From an uncultured Candidatus Actinomarina sp. (GTDB lineage: Bacteria; Actinomycetota; Acidimicrobiia; Actinomarinales; Actinomarinaceae), in assembly GCA_902610815.1 (NCBI GenBank), contig CACLXG010000004.1, forward strand, positions 52,566 to 116,565: a stretch of DNA of 64,000 nt, read 5' to 3'. Below are positions 59,707 through 64,000 of the stretch, one piece after another. The stretch's first letter is position 1. The number at the start of each line of letters is the position of its first letter. The translations under genes and the position numbers were made by a program. The notes beneath the pieces were generated by a model. The model was not told the origin of the DNA and did not search any database. It worked only from the letters and a program-made list of their open reading frames with translations.

Positions 59707-60363
59707 TTGAGAAAAATTTTTGGCCACAGAGGATTACCACGTATTTACAAAGAAAATACGTTTATAAGTATCAATAAAGCCAATGATTATTGCGATTATG
59801 TCGAAATTGATGTGCGGTTGACAAAAGATAATAATTTGATCTTATTCCATGATCCCAACATTGGTGATGATTTAATTAAAGACTTAACTCTTGCGGAGTT
59901 AGAAATCTTACTAAATGGTGAATCATTAGAAGATTGTGTATTGATGTCTAGAGATCAACTTCAAGGAAAAATTAATTTTGAATTAAAAACCGATACGTTA
60001 GACGATTCACAAATAGATGTATTATTTCAAAAGATGCTTTCCATTTTAGAACCGAACGATATTGTTTCATCATTTAACTGGAAAGCAATACAGTCATTTA
60101 AAGATTTATTTAACAGTAATTATGGAATTATTTTTGATAAAGAAGAAGAGCTTTTTCAAGCACAATCATTGTCTAATCATGATGAAAACTTATTTTTTAT
60201 GGCTCACCACACCTTGATAGACAGCAGAAATTTTGATCTACCAAAAGAAAAAACAGTTCTCTGGACTGTAAATGATGAAACTGATTTCCACCGATATATG
60301 GAAATGGAAATATACGGAATTGTTACTGATATTCCTGATACAATGCAGTTATATAGAAAGTGA
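59707..60363 (+). CDS. glpQ: Glycerophosphodiester phosphodiesterase
   Basis: GHRG, ENT, EIDVRLTKD, HD, WTVND; SD GGAGG. Confidence 0.88.
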   Translation: MRKIFGHRGLPRIYKENTFISINKANDYCDYVEIDVRLTKDNNLILFHDPNIGDDLIKDLTLAELEILLNGESLEDCVLMSRDQLQGKINFELKTDTLDDSQIDVLFQKMLSILEPNDIVSSFNWKAIQSFKDLFNSNYGIIFDKEEELFQAQSLSNHDENLFFMAHHTLIDSRNFDLPKEKTVLWTVNDETDFHRYMEMEIYGIVTDIPDTMQLYRK

Positions 60364-60367
60364 GACT

Positions 60368-60814
60368 ATGGCTTTAATTGATGAATTAAGTGATGCATTA
60401 AAAGAAGCGATGAAGGCAAAAGATAAGCCTAAATTAGATGCTATTAGACAAGTGCAAACTGAGATTGCAAAAAAGAAGTCTGAAAAAGGTGAGGAAGCTA
60501 CAGATGATTTAGTGCTTGGAGTTATATCTTCTTATGTAAAAAAAATGACAAAAGCTGTTGATGAGTATAAATCACTAGGTGACAGAGGCATAGAAATGGC
60601 AAATAAGATTCAATTTGAGATAGATTTTCTAAGTGAATGGTTGCCAGAGCAATTAAGCGAAGAGGAGGTTTCAACAATTATCGATGAAGTACTTTCTCAG
60701 ATGGGAGATGTTGATATGTCTCAAATGGGTAAAATAATTGGTGCTGTTATGGCAAAAGCAGACGGTCTTGATGGATCAGTGGTAAGTAAATTAGTTAGGG
60801 AAAAAATCTCATAA
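60368..60814 (+). CDS. GatB/YqeY domain protein
   Basis: LKEAMKAKD, LPEQLSEEE, MGKIIGAVM; start moved to 60368. Confidence 0.88.
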   Translation: MALIDELSDALKEAMKAKDKPKLDAIRQVQTEIAKKKSEKGEEATDDLVLGVISSYVKKMTKAVDEYKSLGDRGIEMANKIQFEIDFLSEWLPEQLSEEEVSTIIDEVLSQMGDVDMSQMGKIIGAVMAKADGLDGSVVSKLVREKIS

Positions 60815-60856
60815 AATCCTTTTGAATTAGAAATCATTCTAATTAATCTACCGAAT

Positions 60857-63397
60857 GTGGGTGGCTTAAGAAAATACCTTATATCTATATTATTTGTTAT
60901 AACTCTATTGATTCTGTTTATTCCTTTAGATTCACCGATTGAAGGAAACATAAATTCTGAAAGTTCATTAATTCAGAATTGTATTCAAGAAGATCATAAA
61001 AATAAAGACTTTTTAGTTGTTAGAAATATTCAGGAATTTTTATATGGTGAAAATTTTTATGAAGGAAAAATAAATGGATATTTCGACGATAATCTTTTAG
61101 TAAGCTTAAAAAAATTCCAAGAATTTGTAGGAATTCGTATTGATGGAATTATGGGTCCTTCAACCCATAAGGCTATGACAGCTTACAACAATTGTTCACG
61201 AACAGTAGAAGTTGAATTTATCCAATGTTCCGGATATTTGGCATATAAAGAGTGTACTTTTTTTGCTAACAGTATAAATGCTTTATCTACACCTGTAACT
61301 ACTACTAGCACTACAACTACGACTACAATTCCAGAACCAGTTTGTGATGATGATACTTTTAAACCTTTCACAATGTACAACTCAATCGGAGAAGGCAATA
61401 CAGTCATGACCTGTAAGAACTATTCAGATGCGAAGGAATCAGGATATACTTTTTATAGGAATCCCAAACCCCCTCCTCCAAGTAGTTCAAGTTCTGGTAG
61501 TTCTAATTCTGAATCAAATTCTTCCATCACAATTTCAAACTTAAATGGAACAATCACTATAAATGAAAATCAAAAAGCTGTAGTTACTATATCTGCAAGT
61601 GGAACCGGTGGGCTGTCATATTCATTATCTGGAACTGATGCAAGATTAATGAGTGTTGATTCTGATGGAGTAATTACACTCAACTCAGATGCTGATTATG
61701 ATCAAAAAACTTCTTACAGTGCTAACGCAGTTGTAACTGATAGTGTTGGATCAAAAACTAAAGCATTCACTGTAAGTGTTGCAGATGGATCTGATAAATA
61801 TGTTGTTGACTTACTTCTTGTTTATCATGCCGACATTTTAGGTGACAGTACTAAAAATGGGTATAGTAGCGACTACGATACGCCTAGCGAGTTATTAACT
61901 TTTGCCCAAGGTCAATTAGAAACAAATCAAAATAAAATATTTACAGATAGTGAGATCACAAATTTAGAGTTTAACGTAGTTGGTATACATTCATGGGATG
62001 TTACTTTTGCTGACGTAACGGGTTCTGTTCCTGCAAAATTACAAGTAGATCAAACATTACATAAAACAAAAGTTAGACAGGGTGCTGATATCATTGGGGC
62101 ATATATTCCTGGAGAAGGTGCTTCATCTTATCTTTACTATGATACGACCAAAGACAGAACAAATGTATTCGAATCTTATATGCTTGACTATTATTATAAT
62201 AATAAATATTTTCCTCATGAACTTGGTCACGCACTAGGCATTTGTCACTCTAGGGAGCAATCAACTAATGCATCTTCTACAGGGGATTGTTCAAAAGATT
62301 ATGCTCATGCATATGCTGTAACAAGTGGACAAACATTTTCTACACTTGTCGGTTATGGAGGGGCTTTATGTGCTATTTACTCCAATCCAGACCTTACATG
62401 TGCTGGCTTTCCAGAAGTAAATGACTTAGGAATTCCTTTTCATTATCAAAATGATGGTACAAAAGGCACGCAGGCAGCGGGAGTAGCAAATGTTTCGGAC
62501 GCTTCAAGGGCTATTCAAGAGTGGGCACAAGAATATGAGCGTCTTGGTTCAAATACTAATTATGGTGTAAGCGTCGGTAATACCTCAATCAAATCTACTG
62601 CCTACTTCCCTCTAATTGATACTGGGTCTGCTTCTTATAGTTATACAGGCACTATTTCAAATACGTCATCCTCTACCAAAACAATGTATGTAGAAAAAGG
62701 TTCAAATGTTGACGTAAGTGGTACCACTTACGAAACATATTACTGGTGCGATACTCAAAATTGTGATATGAATTTTGTCAATCCTTTTAATACGGGAGAT
62801 GATAATCATAAATTTGGAATCCTTTTTTATTTAAATAGTGGAAATTACTATATTAAGACTATTGGCTTTGAAAGCCAACGTGGATCCTTATCTACAAGTG
62901 GGTCTAATAATTCATTAGAAGTAGAGTTTGAAAATCCATGTTTGTTTATAAGTCACTACATGAAGACTGGTCAATATAATGAAGCAGATTGTGCATCAAG
63001 ATTCGAAAATACTTGGAACTATGGAACAACGTATTACGACACATGGAATTTCACAAATTATGTTGAAAAAGAACTAGTAGTCACACCATACGGCGCTTAT
63101 GATGCTTACAAAATTGCTCACGCCCAAAATTCTGTTGGCGCAAGTAGCTCTACACACAGAGCATTACAGATATTAAACTTTTGGGTCAATCCTGAGGTTG
63201 GTGTTGTAATGTTCGAGGATGAATTTATGAGAAGATGGAAATTAACAGGTCTTGATACAGATGGAGATGGTACTGCAAATGCATCTGACACAGATGATGA
63301 TGGGGACGGAGTATTAGATACAGCTGACGCTTTCCCCCTTGACCCTAATGCGTCATCCGATACAGATTCTGATGGAATTGCCGATAGTGACGAGTAA
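60857..63397 (+). CDS. Mosaic surface protein: PG-binding domain, Thr/Ser linkers, cadherin-like domain, metzincin-like peptidase, DxDxDG repeats
   Basis: FQEFVGIRIDGIMGP; ENQ...DYD; HELGHALGICH; DTDGDG/DDDGDG/DAFPLD. Confidence 0.82.
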   Translation: MGGLRKYLISILFVITLLILFIPLDSPIEGNINSESSLIQNCIQEDHKNKDFLVVRNIQEFLYGENFYEGKINGYFDDNLLVSLKKFQEFVGIRIDGIMGPSTHKAMTAYNNCSRTVEVEFIQCSGYLAYKECTFFANSINALSTPVTTTSTTTTTTIPEPVCDDDTFKPFTMYNSIGEGNTVMTCKNYSDAKESGYTFYRNPKPPPPSSSSSGSSNSESNSSITISNLNGTITINENQKAVVTISASGTGGLSYSLSGTDARLMSVDSDGVITLNSDADYDQKTSYSANAVVTDSVGSKTKAFTVSVADGSDKYVVDLLLVYHADILGDSTKNGYSSDYDTPSELLTFAQGQLETNQNKIFTDSEITNLEFNVVGIHSWDVTFADVTGSVPAKLQVDQTLHKTKVRQGADIIGAYIPGEGASSYLYYDTTKDRTNVFESYMLDYYYNNKYFPHELGHALGICHSREQSTNASSTGDCSKDYAHAYAVTSGQTFSTLVGYGGALCAIYSNPDLTCAGFPEVNDLGIPFHYQNDGTKGTQAAGVANVSDASRAIQEWAQEYERLGSNTNYGVSVGNTSIKSTAYFPLIDTGSASYSYTGTISNTSSSTKTMYVEKGSNVDVSGTTYETYYWCDTQNCDMNFVNPFNTGDDNHKFGILFYLNSGNYYIKTIGFESQRGSLSTSGSNNSLEVEFENPCLFISHYMKTGQYNEADCASRFENTWNYGTTYYDTWNFTNYVEKELVVTPYGAYDAYKIAHAQNSVGASSSTHRALQILNFWVNPEVGVVMFEDEFMRRWKLTGLDTDGDGTANASDTDDDGDGVLDTADAFPLDPNASSDTDSDGIADSDE
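63256..63394 (+). repeat. Thrombospondin type-3-like Ca-binding peptide repeats
   Basis: DTDGDG, DDDGDG, DTDSDG at the C-terminus. Confidence 0.7.
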
Positions 63398-63444
63398 TAA
63401 ATTTCTTGTTGTTTCAATTTAAATAACATTTATCCTTACTAATT

Positions 63445-64000
63445 ATGGAAAATAATAGTTATTCAGTTGCAGTATTAGGTGCAGGAAATATAGGTTCTGC
63501 TGTAATTACTCGCCTACAAGAACTTGATACAGAAATAGTAGATATTAATCTTACAAAAGTTTTAGTCTCAGATATTACAAAAGATAGAGCATTTGATAAA
63601 AGTTTATTAACTGAGGATATTAAAGATATAGTTGATGATGACTCAATAGATTTAGTAATAGAAGTACTTGGTGGTGTTGAACCTGGTAAAGAATACATAA
63701 AGTCACTCTTAAGTAATGGAAAAGCAGTTATCACTGCTAATAAAGATATAATCGCAGACTGTGGAAATGAGTTAGTTCAATTAGCTCAAGAAAATAATAC
63801 ATGTTTATATTTTGAAGCTGCAGTTGCAGCAGGTATTCCAGTACTAAAGCCACTTATCGAGAGCTTAAGAGGCGAAGAATTAAGTAGAGTCACAGGCATT
63901 ATCAATGGTACGAGTAATTACATCCTTACATCTATGGAAGAGGGGAGCTCCTACGGAGACGCATTAAGCACTGCTCAGGAACTCGGATATGCAGAGCCAG
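63445..64000 (+). CDS. hom: Homoserine dehydrogenase, 5' part only (runs off window)
   Basis: Manual translation LGAGNIG, TANK, FEAAVAAGIP, GIINGTSNYIL, LGYAEP. Confidence 0.93.
   Translation, partial: MENNSYSVAVLGAGNIGSAVITRLQELDTEIVDINLTKVLVSDITKDRAFDKSLLTEDIKDIVDDDSIDLVIEVLGGVEPGKEYIKSLLSNGKAVITANKDIIADCGNELVQLAQENNTCLYFEAAVAAGIPVLKPLIESLRGEELSRVTGIINGTSNYILTSMEEGSSYGDALSTAQELGYAEP

Noticed and set aside
61290-61530. Low-complexity ACT/AGT/TCT runs as a DNA repeat array or CRISPR
   Set aside because: They encode Thr/Ser/Pro linkers; no repeat-spacer periodicity and no cas genes
63407-63431. TGTTGTTT...AAATAACA hairpin as a terminator
   Set aside because: Weak AT-rich stem that could arise by chance
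3876-63734. Many short antisense or alternate-frame ORFs in the track (e.g. 3876-4400, 37583-38071, 49760-50272, 63459-63734)
   Set aside because: They overlap well-supported genes and carry no recognisable motifs

Overview
AT-rich (roughly 30% GC by eye), very compact bacterial chromosome segment. WhiB1, cofD/cofE (F420), a PPOX-type F420 enzyme, a DUF3152-type protein and Mycobacterium-like gene order point to a streamlined actinobacterium; a Ca. Actinomarina-like marine lineage is my inference. Content is mostly housekeeping: sufC-sufS, lpdA with fused E1 alpha/beta, E2 and a LipB-LipA fusion, tkt, prpCD, a mannose/GT-C glycosylation locus, ahcY-secA-prfB-ftsEX-M23-smpB, tmRNA, and rsmI-abrB-tatD-rsmA-ispE-tRNA-Gln-glmU-prs. 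I saw no mobile element or CRISPR array. The strongest signal missed by the ORF track is an AhpD-like peroxidase gene (46408-46968, minus strand). It has an in-frame TGA at the second position of its CxxC motif (C-E-Y-U), followed by a GC-rich SECIS-like hairpin, so it is a probable selenoprotein, and it sits head-to-head with an F420-dependent enzyme. Other hidden features are a canonical prfB +1 frameshift, an unannotated 28-aa membrane micropeptide, a perfect CRP palindrome between whiB1 and glpQ, widespread leaderless promoters, and a Cys/His mini-protein in the usual whiB2 position. All product calls come from motifs recognised by eye, not from database searches.
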